A stretch of DNA of 64,000 nucleotides. Source: Bacteroidota bacterium (lineage in GTDB: Bacteria > Bacteroidota > JABWAT01). A model generated the notes under the pieces. That model saw only the letters and a program-made list of their open reading frames with translations. It searched no databases and was not told where the DNA came from. The stretch lies in assembly GCA_023151185.1 (NCBI GenBank), contig JAKLJL010000010.1, forward strand, positions 64,001-128,000, given 5' to 3'. How positions within the stretch are numbered: the stretch's first letter is position 1; every line of letters starts with the position of its first letter. Of the stretch, positions 47,995-58,411 are shown piece after piece. The translations under genes and the position numbers were made by a program.

Positions 47995-49413
47995 TTACCT
48001 GAACAGGTCGCCGTTTTCCCAGGCAGATTTCAGTTTTCCCAGAAGGGCAAGTGCCGGTTCCCGTTCGTTCGGGATTTCGCCTTCCAGAATGGCTTCTTCA
48101 ATTGCCGTTTTAAATTTCCCGACCAGCGGTCCCGGTTTCAATCCGCAGATTTCCATGATATCGGCTCCGGAAACGGGGGGTTCCCACTCCCGCATGCGGT
48201 CTTTCTCTTCTACCTCTTTCATTTTTGCCACGACCCGTTCATAATTCTGCCAGTACCGGGTTTTTCGGGCATAGCTTTTTGTGGTCACATCTGCACGGCA
48301 CAATTTCATGAGGCTTTCAATATCCCCGCCTGCTTCGAAAAGAACCCGACGTACGGCAGAATCGGTGATTTCATCTTTCACCAGAGCAATCGGACGGAGG
48401 TGTAGCCGGACGAGTTTCTGAACAAATTTCAGGTGCGTCCCCGGAAGGCGGTGTTTTTTAAACAACCCGGGAACCATCCGGGCTCCCAGATCATCATGTC
48501 CGTGAAAGGTCCATCCACGGCCCGGAACGAACCGTTTGGTTTTGGGTTTGGCCACATCATGATACAACGCTGCCAGCCGAAGCCAGACATCATCAGTTGT
48601 TGTGCAGATGTTATCGAGAACCTGAAGGGTATGAAAAAATGTGTCTTTGTGGCCGTACCCGTCGAGCTGTTCAACACCAACCATTACTGCAAGTTCAGGA
48701 TATAAAATCGGGAGAACACCGGTTTCATGCATCAGGGTGAACCCGACGGAAGGTTTGGGTGACTTCAGGATTTTAAGAAATTCATCGGTAATCCGTTCCT
48801 GGGAAATGATAGCCAGCCGGTCTTTAACTTTGCCGATCGAGGCAATGGCATCGGGGTGGATCTGATACTGAAGCTGGGTAGCAAACCGGATACCTCTGAG
48901 AATTCTCAGCGGATCGTCGTCAAAAGTGGTTTCGGGCTCAAGTGGAGTCCGGATCAGCCGGTTTTCCAGATCCGAAAGTCCGCCAAACGGATCCATCAGA
49001 TCGCCGTAATCCTCGGGGTTCAGCGAGATGGCCATGGCATTGATGGTAAAGTCACGCCGGGCAAGATCTTCTTCAAGGGTTCCTGCGGCAACTGTCGGAC
49101 GGCGGGTTCCTCTGTCAAAATAGGCTTCCTTCCGGGCACCGACAAACTCAAGAATCTGCTCATGCCAGGGAATCATGGCCGTACCGAAATTTTCGTAAGT
49201 CACCACCCGCCGGATCCCAAGTCCGTCTGCAACCGCATGAGATAACTCAATACCGCTTCCCAGGGTAACAAAATCAATATCTTTCAGCTCCCGGCCCAGC
49301 ATCATATCTCTTACAAAACCGCCAACTACGTACGTTTTCAAGCCAAGGCGGCCCGCCTGTTCCGAAACAATCCTGAAAACAGGAAATTCATCCAGTTTAT
49401 GTCTGAAATTCAA
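47995..49413 (-). CDS. cca: CCA-adding enzyme / tRNA nucleotidyltransferase (class II, with HD domain)
   Basis: The N-terminus has the polymerase-beta head (YVVGGFVRDMMLGRELKDIDFV), and the HD domain lies in the C-terminal half. Confidence 0.8.
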   Translation of the reverse strand: MNFRHKLDEFPVFRIVSEQAGRLGLKTYVVGGFVRDMMLGRELKDIDFVTLGSGIELSHAVADGLGIRRVVTYENFGTAMIPWHEQILEFVGARKEAYFDRGTRRPTVAAGTLEEDLARRDFTINAMAISLNPEDYGDLMDPFGGLSDLENRLIRTPLEPETTFDDDPLRILRGIRFATQLQYQIHPDAIASIGKVKDRLAIISQERITDEFLKILKSPKPSVGFTLMHETGVLPILYPELAVMVGVEQLDGYGHKDTFFHTLQVLDNICTTTDDVWLRLAALYHDVAKPKTKRFVPGRGWTFHGHDDLGARMVPGLFKKHRLPGTHLKFVQKLVRLHLRPIALVKDEITDSAVRRVLFEAGGDIESLMKLCRADVTTKSYARKTRYWQNYERVVAKMKEVEEKDRMREWEPPVSGADIMEICGLKPGPLVGKFKTAIEEAILEGEIPNEREPALALLGKLKSAWENGDLFR

Positions 49414-49452
49414 ATTAAATCCCTGATTACAAATTCAGTCTGACTTCCGGAG

Positions 49453-50823
49453 TTATTCCGGCAGTGACTTTACCCAATAAAAGCTGCTTTTAATACAATC
49501 ATTAACCCCGATGCCGTTCTTCCAGTTGCCCAGCAGATGAAGCCCCTGGTGTGCCGATCCGGACCGCAGGATGTCTTCAACAATCCGGTAATGCCCGACT
49601 TCATATTGCGGAATAGCATCCGGCCAAACCCTGACAGTTGAAACTACCGGCTGAAGGTCAATCCCCAGGAATTCCTTCATGGCTGTTTTTGCCGTTTCGA
49701 GCAGATCCTCACGGCTGAGCCCGGCAGTTTCGGGCCGCCCGGCACCACCGATCATGACCGTGTAATTGACGTGGCCATCGGGAGCAACTCCATCAAAAGT
49801 CCCGGAATTGAAAATAATTCCCAGAATCTGCTTTTTTTCTATTTTCGGGATTAAAAACCCGAATCCTGCCTGATGACCGGGATCCAGGCGGTACCCCAGA
49901 TTAACAGCAGCAACCGGCACATACGGTATTTTCATGAGTTGGGCAGCCAGTTCCGGATCTGTTTCAGACAGGATCCTGGCGGTTACAGAAGCCGGAGTTG
50001 AAAGAACAACCTCGTCTGCAAGCAGAACTTCCCCGGAGGCAAGCGTCACCTTCCACCGATCCTCTTTTTGCAGGGAAACGACCTCAGCCCCGGTCTTCAG
50101 CTCATTTCGGAAAAACCCGGCGAGATGATGGGCCAGTTGCTGAATTCCGCCATGGGTGGAATAAAACCGGGATTTCCCTGTTTCGGGATGGGGAAAATCG
50201 GTAAGCTCAGCTTGTCTTTTGGCTTTTGCCTGTTCCTTTCCGGCACGAAGACCCCGGATCACTGATCCGTGGTTTCTTTCTGCTTCCCAGAGTGACGGGA
50301 AGGAGGACCGGACCGACAGCCTGCTGATGTCACCGGCATAAACACCAGAAACAAAGGCATCCAGCAGAACATCCGTAATCTGATTCCCGAACCGGCGTCT
50401 GAAAAAAGACTCCAGACTTTCATCCGGCTCACTGCAGGAGTTTTTCAGGTTCCGTTCCCTGAGAACTGCCCTGATGACCCCTTTCATTGCAGGAGAAAAC
50501 AACGTTTTGAACGGATTTCCGCCCAATTGATTCAGTTGATTGCGGTACCAGATAAACCGGGTTGACGAGGTTTTCCTGCCGGGTTTCAGCAGGTGCCAGC
50601 CGTTCGATTCATTCAAAAGGTGGAAAAAGGCATGCCCGTTCCGCATAACACCTCTCGGGCCGGATTCAAAAGTGAATCCGTCGATGACCGAAGATGAAAA
50701 ATTCCCGCCGGGAAATTCGTTTTTTTCCAGGATGGTGATGGACTGCCCGGGATGTTTTTTCCGGTAGTAAAAAGCTGCAGACAGCCCGGAAATTCCGGCG
50801 CCGATAAAAATAACCGATTTCAT
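49453..50823 (-). CDS. hemY: Protoporphyrinogen/coproporphyrinogen III oxidase, HemY family (FAD-dependent)
   Basis: It has an FAD-binding Rossmann fold (VIFIGAGISGLSAAFYY). The start is at the ATG at 50823 (AGGTGA 7 nt upstream); the ORF-track extension to 50868 is unlikely. Confidence 0.75.
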   Translation of the reverse strand: MKSVIFIGAGISGLSAAFYYRKKHPGQSITILEKNEFPGGNFSSSVIDGFTFESGPRGVMRNGHAFFHLLNESNGWHLLKPGRKTSSTRFIWYRNQLNQLGGNPFKTLFSPAMKGVIRAVLRERNLKNSCSEPDESLESFFRRRFGNQITDVLLDAFVSGVYAGDISRLSVRSSFPSLWEAERNHGSVIRGLRAGKEQAKAKRQAELTDFPHPETGKSRFYSTHGGIQQLAHHLAGFFRNELKTGAEVVSLQKEDRWKVTLASGEVLLADEVVLSTPASVTARILSETDPELAAQLMKIPYVPVAAVNLGYRLDPGHQAGFGFLIPKIEKKQILGIIFNSGTFDGVAPDGHVNYTVMIGGAGRPETAGLSREDLLETAKTAMKEFLGIDLQPVVSTVRVWPDAIPQYEVGHYRIVEDILRSGSAHQGLHLLGNWKNGIGVNDCIKSSFYWVKSLPE

Positions 50824-50970
50824 ACTGATCTCACCTAAAGATCCGAAAATACAGAAGATACCGGGCAAAATCAGATCAGGTACCGGAATTCTGTTCTCAG
50901 AATGTGAACCGGCAACCGGTTGGATTTCATTCTCTGACTGCTGATCTTTGGCGTTTTTATCAGGAAAAAC

Positions 50971-51342
50971 ATGACACCCGTCAGGATGATCTGGGCCTCA
51001 CTTGGCCTTTTTTTTGTGGCCCTTGGCGTGATCGGGATTTTTATTCCCGGTCTGCCGACGACGCCGTTTCTTCTGTTGGCGTTGTGGTGTTTCGCCAGAA
51101 GTTCTGACCGGCTTTACCGGTGGTTGCTCGATCACCGCGTTCTGGGAGTCTTTATCCGGGATTATCAGGAAAAACGGGCGATCCCGCTAAAAATCAAACT
51201 CATTTCACTTTCAACCGTTGCCCTTTCGCTGGGCATCACACTCTGGTTTCATGAATCATGGACTGTGAGGACTGTTGTACTGGTCCTCGGTATGACCGGT
51301 GTCTGGGTGATCCTCAGAATCCCGACATTAAAAAAAGACTAA
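50971..51342 (+). CDS. ybaN: YbaN family inner-membrane protein (DUF454)
   Basis: The 123-aa ORF has two hydrophobic hairpins and a PGLPTTPFLLLALWCFARSS core. Confidence 0.7.
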   Translation: MTPVRMIWASLGLFFVALGVIGIFIPGLPTTPFLLLALWCFARSSDRLYRWLLDHRVLGVFIRDYQEKRAIPLKIKLISLSTVALSLGITLWFHESWTVRTVVLVLGMTGVWVILRIPTLKKD

Positions 51343-51437
51343 AGCAGCCCGAAGCCCCGTTTTTGGAAGCCCTTTTTGTGGCATTTTGTGTGACATGATA
51401 TTACCTTTATCAACACAATGTTACAAAAGAGGCTGCC

Positions 51438-54428
51438 ATGCGTTCTTCCCTTGTCAGTTTAATCCTTCTGATCAGTTTTGCTGTGGGCTATGCCCAGACT
51501 GATTTCAGAAAGGAAACCATCTACTTTCTGATGACGACCCGGTTTTTTGACGGCGATCCGTCCAACAACCGCCCGACTGAATGGTGCTCCTACGATCCCA
51601 CCAATCCCGGAAGACAGATTTCCGACCCGAATGACGTGACCTGGCGGGGAGATTTTAAGGGCCTGGTTCAAAAACTCGATTACATCAAAGGAATGGGATT
51701 TACCGCCATCTGGATAACACCGGTCGTGCAGAACCGGGGGCCTCTCGACTACCACGGATATCATGCCTGGGATTTTACCAAAGTAGATCCCCGTCTTGAA
51801 TCGCCGGGATATACGTTTCAGGATCTGATCGATTCGGTTCATGCGAAGGGAATGAAACTCGTTCTGGATATTGTAACCAATCACGCCGGCCGGTTTGGGA
51901 TAAAGGGAGTTGCAGAAATCAAATACAATACCGACCCGTCGCAGCCGTGGGGGAAGGATAAAAACGGAAATACCCTGCAGGATAACCCGAACTGGACATA
52001 TGATGGACTGACTCCCAACCCGGATGACGGAAAAATCTGGAGCCGGGCAAACCTGGCTAAACTGCCGGCACCATACAATCAGACTCTTGCCGCCTATAAC
52101 TGGCCTTCAACTGAAAGTTATGTCAAAACGACCGATCCGGCTTGGTACCACCAGTCAGGAAACGGTTTTGCTCAGGGATATGACGATACCGAAAATCTCT
52201 ACAACCGGGCACTGGCCGGGGATACACCAGATCTGAATACTGAATCGGCGACCTTGAGGCAATATATGGTTGCAGCCTATAAAACCTTTATTGACATGGG
52301 AGTGGATGCTTTCCGGTGGGATACGATCAAACACATGGACCGGGCTTCCGTCCTGTATTTTCTGGATGAATTCAAAAAAATCAATCCGGATCTGTTTGTG
52401 TTTGGTGAGGTTGCCCAGAAACGGCATGAACTTCATACCGTCGAAGAAATCAATCCGCATTGGTACACCTGGCGGGGAGCCGTCGGCAATTCTGCCGGTT
52501 CAGGGCTTGCAGTTCTGGACTTTTATGCCGAGGCCACGTTTCACAACGTTTTTGAAGAAGGCGGCGGGTTCAATGGTGTTAAAGCAGCAGCCCGGTATGA
52601 CCAGTTGTACTCTGATCCGTCTACCAATCTGATGTGGCTCGACAATCATGATTTCGGACCCAATAACGACTGGAACCGCCGGTTTGGCGGAAGCGTGGAA
52701 AACCTGGCCGCCTGTATGAATTTCATGTTTACCTGGCGGGGGATCCCTATAGTGTATTACGGGACCGAAATGCAGTTTATGAAAGGGGCCTATGCGGATA
52801 TCCATGAATCGGCTGATATAGAAAAATCGCTTGACCGGACCGGCCGGGCCTATTACGGTACAGTCATGGGACAGGCACTTTCCCATAAAATGTACAGTCA
52901 TTTCGCCAAACTGAATGCCATGAGAAAAGCCATCCCGGCTCTGCAGAACGGATCGTGGACCTGGGGTGGCGGTGACCCGGGCAACGGAGTCGGGTTCATC
53001 CGGGAATCGGGAGAAAGCTATGCTGTTGTTGGTTTGGCAAAAGACGGAAAGGCGACCTTCACCTTCACCGGCCTGAAAAAAAACGGAACCTACCGGGATG
53101 CTGTTACCGGGCATGAAGTTCAGGTTGCCAACGGGTCCCTTACCTTTACGGCAGGATCTTCCTCGGCAGGGATTTATGTTTTTAACGGGCCGGGCAGAAT
53201 CGGAGACCTGGGTGCCGGATTTTTCCAGACAACTGCAGATGGATCAGGTGGTGGCGGCGGCGGTGAAACACCGGGAGCAGTGACCGTTTCACCGAATCCG
53301 GTTAATGCCGGGCAAAACGTGACCATAACGTACGATGGATTTCTGAACTCACAACCCGCCTGCAATCTTTACTGGAGTTATGGAAACTGGTCGGTTGCTG
53401 CAACTGCAACTGCCATGACTAAAACCCTGACCGGCACCTGGACGGTCACCTTCACGGTTCCTGCAACCGCATCCGGAAATCTGGATTTCGTTTTCAATAA
53501 CGGCGCCAATGTCTGGGATAATAACAACAGTCAGGATTGGCATTTCCCGGTTGAAGGCGGCCCGCAGCCTGGTGATGGATTTACTGTTTACTTTTACAAA
53601 CCCGATTCGTGGTCTTCTGCCTGGATTCACTATTGGAATGTGATGCCGGGAAGTGGTTCAACCACCTGGCCGGGCGTGGCCATGACGGCGGACGGCGGGA
53701 ACTGGTATAAATTTGTTTTCGACGGAAAGACCTCCGCCAATATGGTCATCAATGATAACGGTGCATCAGGAAAGCAAACTACCGATCTGAGCCGGACTAA
53801 AGACGGCTGGTACTACAATGGTGCCTGGTATGATGAAAAACCTGCAACTGGCGGCGGAGGCGGTGATCTGACGGTGCATCTGTTTAAACCTGCCGACTGG
53901 GCAGGGGCCAAAATCCACTACTGGAATGTTTTTCCGTCAGGGGCATCCTCAACCTGGCCCGGGGTCGACATGACTGATGACGGTGCAGGCTGGTTCAGCT
54001 ATACCTTTTCATCCTCCTCCTCGGCAAATATGGTGTTCAATGACGGAGCCGGGAAACAGACAACCGATCTCAGCCGGTCAAAGGAAGGCTGGTATTACAA
54101 CTTAACCTGGTATGATTCCAAGCCGGCTGTTGGGGTTTCGGTCGCCGGAAATCAGAAACAGCCCGGCGCACCCGAACTGCTGGGGAATTATCCCAATCCG
54201 TTTAATCCGTCAACAAAAATCAGTTTTTATCTGCCGGAAGAAAGCCATGCCCGCCTGACCGTATACAACATGCTCGGTCAGCAGATTGCCGTCCTGGCCG
54301 ACGGCTGGTTCAGAACAGGACTGGTGACCCGGGTTTTCTCTGCTGACGGACTTGCAAGCGGCTTGTATCTGTACCGGCTTGAAACCGGTCAGAAAATTCT
54401 TTCCGGAACGATGATTCTGCAGAAATAG
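51438..54428 (+). CDS. GH13 alpha-amylase with tandem starch-binding (CBM25/26-like) modules and T9SS C-terminal sorting domain
   Basis: It has a signal peptide and the GH13 catalytic regions (DIVTNHAG, GVDAFRWDTIKHM, FGEV, WLDNHD). Three repeats of about 95 aa (KIHYWN...TWPGV.M...NMV.ND...KQTTDLSR.K.GWYYN..WYD.KPA) are followed by the tail NYPNPFNPSTKISFYLP.... Confidence 0.85.
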   Translation: MRSSLVSLILLISFAVGYAQTDFRKETIYFLMTTRFFDGDPSNNRPTEWCSYDPTNPGRQISDPNDVTWRGDFKGLVQKLDYIKGMGFTAIWITPVVQNRGPLDYHGYHAWDFTKVDPRLESPGYTFQDLIDSVHAKGMKLVLDIVTNHAGRFGIKGVAEIKYNTDPSQPWGKDKNGNTLQDNPNWTYDGLTPNPDDGKIWSRANLAKLPAPYNQTLAAYNWPSTESYVKTTDPAWYHQSGNGFAQGYDDTENLYNRALAGDTPDLNTESATLRQYMVAAYKTFIDMGVDAFRWDTIKHMDRASVLYFLDEFKKINPDLFVFGEVAQKRHELHTVEEINPHWYTWRGAVGNSAGSGLAVLDFYAEATFHNVFEEGGGFNGVKAAARYDQLYSDPSTNLMWLDNHDFGPNNDWNRRFGGSVENLAACMNFMFTWRGIPIVYYGTEMQFMKGAYADIHESADIEKSLDRTGRAYYGTVMGQALSHKMYSHFAKLNAMRKAIPALQNGSWTWGGGDPGNGVGFIRESGESYAVVGLAKDGKATFTFTGLKKNGTYRDAVTGHEVQVANGSLTFTAGSSSAGIYVFNGPGRIGDLGAGFFQTTADGSGGGGGGETPGAVTVSPNPVNAGQNVTITYDGFLNSQPACNLYWSYGNWSVAATATAMTKTLTGTWTVTFTVPATASGNLDFVFNNGANVWDNNNSQDWHFPVEGGPQPGDGFTVYFYKPDSWSSAWIHYWNVMPGSGSTTWPGVAMTADGGNWYKFVFDGKTSANMVINDNGASGKQTTDLSRTKDGWYYNGAWYDEKPATGGGGGDLTVHLFKPADWAGAKIHYWNVFPSGASSTWPGVDMTDDGAGWFSYTFSSSSSANMVFNDGAGKQTTDLSRSKEGWYYNLTWYDSKPAVGVSVAGNQKQPGAPELLGNYPNPFNPSTKISFYLPEESHARLTVYNMLGQQIAVLADGWFRTGLVTRVFSADGLASGLYLYRLETGQKILSGTMILQK

Positions 54429-54431
54429 AAA

Positions 54432-54457
54432 GAGGGGGCCAGTCCCCCTTTTTTTTA
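54432..54457 (+). terminator. Rho-independent terminator after the amylase gene
   Basis: The sequence AGGGGGCCAGTCCCCC is followed by a run of 9 T. Confidence 0.6.
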
Positions 54458-54529
54458 CTGCCCACGTTTGAACCGGATCCGTTATCTTGCAGAAAATGTC
54501 CATCAACCGTCAACCGAACTGAACCGATT

Positions 54530-55258
54530 ATGAAAGTGCTGCTGTTTTCTGATCTTCATGCCAACCTGACGGCTTTGACCCAGCTCAGGCAGGTAATCAG
54601 ACGTGAAATGCCCGATGAGATAATTTTTTTGGGGGATGCTGCAACCCTGGGTCCGTCTCCTTCAGAAGCAACCGCTTTATTGCTTGAAACGGCAAGCCGG
54701 TTCATTCTGGGAAATCACGACGGATATCTTTCGGATCCGGCTTCTGCAGAAACCTACACCCGTGAACCCGTTATTCTCGATTCCATCCGGTGGACCGCAA
54801 GCCAGTTGTCTGCTGAACATCTTTCCCGGATTTCCGGATTTCTTCCCAATCTGACCCTTGAAACCGGCTGTAAGTCAGAGTTAGTCTGTTTTCACGGATC
54901 GCCCCGGTCGAATGAGGAGGGTATATTAGCCGAGACTCCCGGTTCTGAGCTCCTGTCCCTGCTGTCGCAGTCGCCTGGCCGGGTGTTTGCAGGCGGGCAC
55001 ACTCACCTTCAGATGATCCGGAATGCAGCCGGGTCACTTTTGATCAATCCGGGAAGTGCCGGGCAGCCGTTTGAAAGATTCAACGCCAGCGGTCCACCGA
55101 ACCTGATTCCGGAAATCCATTTTGCGTTTTTGCAGGTTGAACCTGACGAAACCCGGGCAACCCTCCACCGGATTCCGCTTGACATCCCGGCCTTCAGGAA
55201 AGAACTTGCTGCGAGCAGGTTTCCGCTGAGAAACTGGATGCTTTCAATTTATTCCTGA
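54530..55258 (+). CDS. Metallophosphoesterase (calcineurin-like, YfcE-like)
   Basis: It has the motifs LFSDLHAN, IFLGD and LGNHD. It is 242 aa. Confidence 0.75.
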   Translation: MKVLLFSDLHANLTALTQLRQVIRREMPDEIIFLGDAATLGPSPSEATALLLETASRFILGNHDGYLSDPASAETYTREPVILDSIRWTASQLSAEHLSRISGFLPNLTLETGCKSELVCFHGSPRSNEEGILAETPGSELLSLLSQSPGRVFAGGHTHLQMIRNAAGSLLINPGSAGQPFERFNASGPPNLIPEIHFAFLQVEPDETRATLHRIPLDIPAFRKELAASRFPLRNWMLSIYS

Positions 55259-55348
55259 ACCTGCCGGGACTCAACTTAAATCCCGGGCGGCGTGTTTTCT
55301 TTTACAGGCTACCTTGAGTATATTTTATCAAAACACAGTCAGGGTTTT

Positions 55349-56608
55349 ATGTCACTGATTATTCTCGCCGTTGGTGCACTGGTGTTCTTTGCCCACTTTC
55401 TGGTGCTTCAATTCCGGAAAACGAATATTCCGGATGTTTTAATTTTGATGGCAGCAGGACTTGTTATGGGCCCGGTAACCGGTTTGGTTTCCCCGGATGA
55501 TTTTGGAAAGGCCGGGTCGGTGCTGGCCACCATCGCCCTGGTGGTTATTTTATTTGAAAGCGGGACTTCTCTGAACCTGAAGACCATGACGGCTTCTCTT
55601 TCACTGACCGGATGGCTGGCGGTTACCACGTTTATTCTTACTTCTTTTACTGTTTCCCTGTTCGGTATTTTTTTTCTCGGCCTGACCCTGCTTCCGTCAG
55701 TTATGCTTGGGCTGGTTTTGGGTGGTACTTCTTCTGCTGTTGTCATTCCGGTTGTTGATCTGCTGAAAATCAGGGAGAAGCCTGCCACTGCCCTGGTACT
55801 GGAATCAGCCCTTACCGATGTTCTGTGTATCATCGGGGTATTTACAGCACTTCAGATTTACACACTGGGTGAGGTAAATCCGGGAAAAATTGCCGGGAAT
55901 GTACTGGCTGCTATGGTCTTCGCTGCCGGTATCGGGGTTGCCGGCGGTGCAGGCTGGCTTTTTGTACTCGGGAAAGTCAGGGATTTCCCGAATACGATTT
56001 CAAGCACGCTGGCCTATGCCTTTATCATTTATGGGATAACGGAACTTCTGGGCTTTTCTGGTGCTATCTCGGCACTCACCCTGGGAATTACCATGTCAAA
56101 TTTCCAATCAATGGGTTTGGCCAGGCTTCCTGCAATCCGGCAAAAGCCAATCGAGTCACTGACTTCTTTTGATCTCGCTTTTTATAAGGAAGCAGTCTTT
56201 CTTCTTAAAACGTTCTTCTTTGTTTATCTGGGAATTTCCATCCGGTTTTCAGATACCAAGCTTGCACTTCTTGCCCTTATGATGATGGCAATCGTCTTTA
56301 CGCTCCGGATCGGGGTGACCCGCCTGATTATGAGTTCCCGGGAATTTGAGCTGAGGGAAACTGCGGTTGTTTCAATGATGGTCCCGAAAGGGTTGGCAGC
56401 GGCGGTTCTTGCTTCCCTTCCGGTAAATGCAGGTGTTCCCGGCGGAGAGATTATCCGGGACACAACTTACATGGTTGTTCTTATCAGCATTTCACTGACA
56501 GCTATTCTGGTCATTTTATTTAACTTCCGTCCTGTGAGAACGCTGTATTCAGTCTTACTGAACAAACCGGCAGAGCCTTCAGACGGAGTTTCTTCCCACC
56601 CTGAATAA
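55349..56608 (+). CDS. Cation:proton antiporter (CPA1 / NhaP-type Na+/H+ exchanger)
   Basis: It has about 12 transmembrane segments and a typical Na_H exchanger domain layout. The start is at the ATG at 55349. Confidence 0.75.
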   Translation: MSLIILAVGALVFFAHFLVLQFRKTNIPDVLILMAAGLVMGPVTGLVSPDDFGKAGSVLATIALVVILFESGTSLNLKTMTASLSLTGWLAVTTFILTSFTVSLFGIFFLGLTLLPSVMLGLVLGGTSSAVVIPVVDLLKIREKPATALVLESALTDVLCIIGVFTALQIYTLGEVNPGKIAGNVLAAMVFAAGIGVAGGAGWLFVLGKVRDFPNTISSTLAYAFIIYGITELLGFSGAISALTLGITMSNFQSMGLARLPAIRQKPIESLTSFDLAFYKEAVFLLKTFFFVYLGISIRFSDTKLALLALMMMAIVFTLRIGVTRLIMSSREFELRETAVVSMMVPKGLAAAVLASLPVNAGVPGGEIIRDTTYMVVLISISLTAILVILFNFRPVRTLYSVLLNKPAEPSDGVSSHPE

Positions 56609-56619
56609 GGACAACCCCA

Positions 56620-56961
56620 ATGGCTTACAACCTCTTGCTTGCAGACCGGATCCGCCTGACTCTTTCTTCACGGAAGGATCTGGAAGAAAAGGCCATGTTT
56701 GGCGGCCTTGCCTTTATGGTCGATGGCAAAATGTGTGTCGGGATTCTTCAGGAAGACCTGATGATCCGGATCGATCCTGCCCGCCGGGGAGACGTCCTTG
56801 CCCGCCCAGGATGCCGGGATATGGAATTCACCGGTCGGCCGATGGCCGGCTATTTCCTCATTTCACCCGAAGGAACCGGAACTGAACCCGATCTGACCCG
56901 CTGGATTGACCTGGCCCTGGAATTTAATCCGAAAGCAAAAAAATCGGGTAAACGAAAATGA
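56620..56961 (+). CDS. TfoX/Sxy N-terminal domain protein
   Basis: The MFGGLAFMVDGKMCVGI core of the TfoX_N domain is present. It is 113 aa. Confidence 0.65.
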   Translation: MAYNLLLADRIRLTLSSRKDLEEKAMFGGLAFMVDGKMCVGILQEDLMIRIDPARRGDVLARPGCRDMEFTGRPMAGYFLISPEGTGTEPDLTRWIDLALEFNPKAKKSGKRK

Positions 56962-57524
56962 ATCCGCTGCAGTCTGTTTTCGGATCGTACGGGATTTTGC
57001 CGGGTGATGCTCTTCGTGCGGCAGAAGCCTTCCGGCAGATTTCTTTGAAAAAAGGGGAGTTTTTCCTGCAGGAAGGTCACGTTCAGGATAAAGCCGGTTT
57101 CCTGGTTTCGGGCTGGGCTCATTTTTTTTCTCTGACGGAACAGGGCGATTCGGTAACGACTTATTTTGCCGGACCCGGCCGGTTCATTGCGTCATTGAGC
57201 AGTTTTCTCTTTCGTGCACCTGCCCGGGAAAGTATCCGGATGGCAACCGATGCAGTCCTTCTTGAAATTTCCGGCGATGCCTTCCGCCGGCTGAGAACGG
57301 AAATTCCCGGTTTTGACCGTCTTTACGTATCCCTTTTGGAGTATCAGATTTCCTGTATTGAAACCAGCCGGTTCGATATGATTTCTCTGTCTCCCGCAGA
57401 AAGGTACCGCAAACTCCTGCGGGAGGATCCTAAGCTGACCGGGCTGATGTCCGTCCAGGATCTGGCCTCTCTGCTTGGCATCACCCCGCGTCACCTCAGC
57501 CGCCTGAGAAAACCCGGCCGTTAA
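56958..57524 (+). CDS. Crp/Fnr family transcriptional regulator
   Basis: It has an N-terminal cNMP-binding beta-roll and the C-terminal HTH (SVQDLASLLGITPRHLSRLRK). Its ATG overlaps the TfoX_N stop (ATGA). Confidence 0.8.
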   Translation: MNPLQSVFGSYGILPGDALRAAEAFRQISLKKGEFFLQEGHVQDKAGFLVSGWAHFFSLTEQGDSVTTYFAGPGRFIASLSSFLFRAPARESIRMATDAVLLEISGDAFRRLRTEIPGFDRLYVSLLEYQISCIETSRFDMISLSPAERYRKLLREDPKLTGLMSVQDLASLLGITPRHLSRLRKPGR

Positions 57525-57633
57525 CCGGCATTACCCGTTCCCTTTATCGGATCACCCGTCCTGATTTTTCCGGACAAATGTCCTCTGACCAGCCTCAGAA
57601 AATCCGGACCTTTGGTTTAAAAACGGAGGGTTT

Positions 57634-58341
57634 ATGTCATCTCAATTTCCATCCCTGAAAAGTGCAGGGTGGTCTTTCCTGACCGGATCAGTTCTGGTTC
57701 TGATTCCCTACAGTCTGCTGGTTGCCCGGTTTAAGTATCCTGAGGTTCTCAGAAAACCTGCCGGAGAAATTCTGGCGTCCTTTCACGCCGGCGGGCCGGA
57801 TCTGATTCTGCTCTGGCTGGCCTTTGCCCTGTGCGGAATTCCGTTGCTGTACGGATATTACCGGATTGGCACAGTCCTGAAATCAGAGTTTCCCTTTGCC
57901 GGATTTGCCACGGTGGCCGGACTTGCCGGCGGGTTCGCCCAGATTATCGGACTGCTCAGGTGGGTTTTTGTGGTCCCGGTTCTGGCTGAAACCTGGAATT
58001 CAGGCTCTGAGCCGGTCAGAATTGCAGCCGAAACGGGATTTTTACTTCAGCATCAGGCTGGTGGTGTTCTGCTGGGTGAGTTTATCGGGCAGACCGCAAC
58101 CATTTTCTGGCTGATTTCCTTTTCCGTGATTCTGTTTCAGGCCAGGGTGATTCCAGTCTGGGTGATGGTTTGGGGGCTTTTGTCGGGTGTGATTTATTTT
58201 CTTGCGCAGGCTGAACTTTTGTCGACGGTGATTCCGGAATTCCCGGTCTGGGGACCGGCAGGGTTGATTGGCAGCACTCTTTGGCTCCTCTGGATGGTTC
58301 TGCTCGGGTTCAGGCTGATCCGGAAACAGCAACCGGGGTAA
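57634..58341 (+). CDS. Integral membrane protein (DUF4386-like)
   Basis: It has 6 transmembrane segments and is paralog-like to 15093..15758. Confidence 0.45.
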   Translation: MSSQFPSLKSAGWSFLTGSVLVLIPYSLLVARFKYPEVLRKPAGEILASFHAGGPDLILLWLAFALCGIPLLYGYYRIGTVLKSEFPFAGFATVAGLAGGFAQIIGLLRWVFVVPVLAETWNSGSEPVRIAAETGFLLQHQAGGVLLGEFIGQTATIFWLISFSVILFQARVIPVWVMVWGLLSGVIYFLAQAELLSTVIPEFPVWGPAGLIGSTLWLLWMVLLGFRLIRKQQPG

Positions 58342-58411
58342 GGCTGGCAGTTCCGTTGATTTCCCCGCAGAAAACTCCGACCTTGCACCCCGAAAAAACC
58401 GGAGAAATGCC

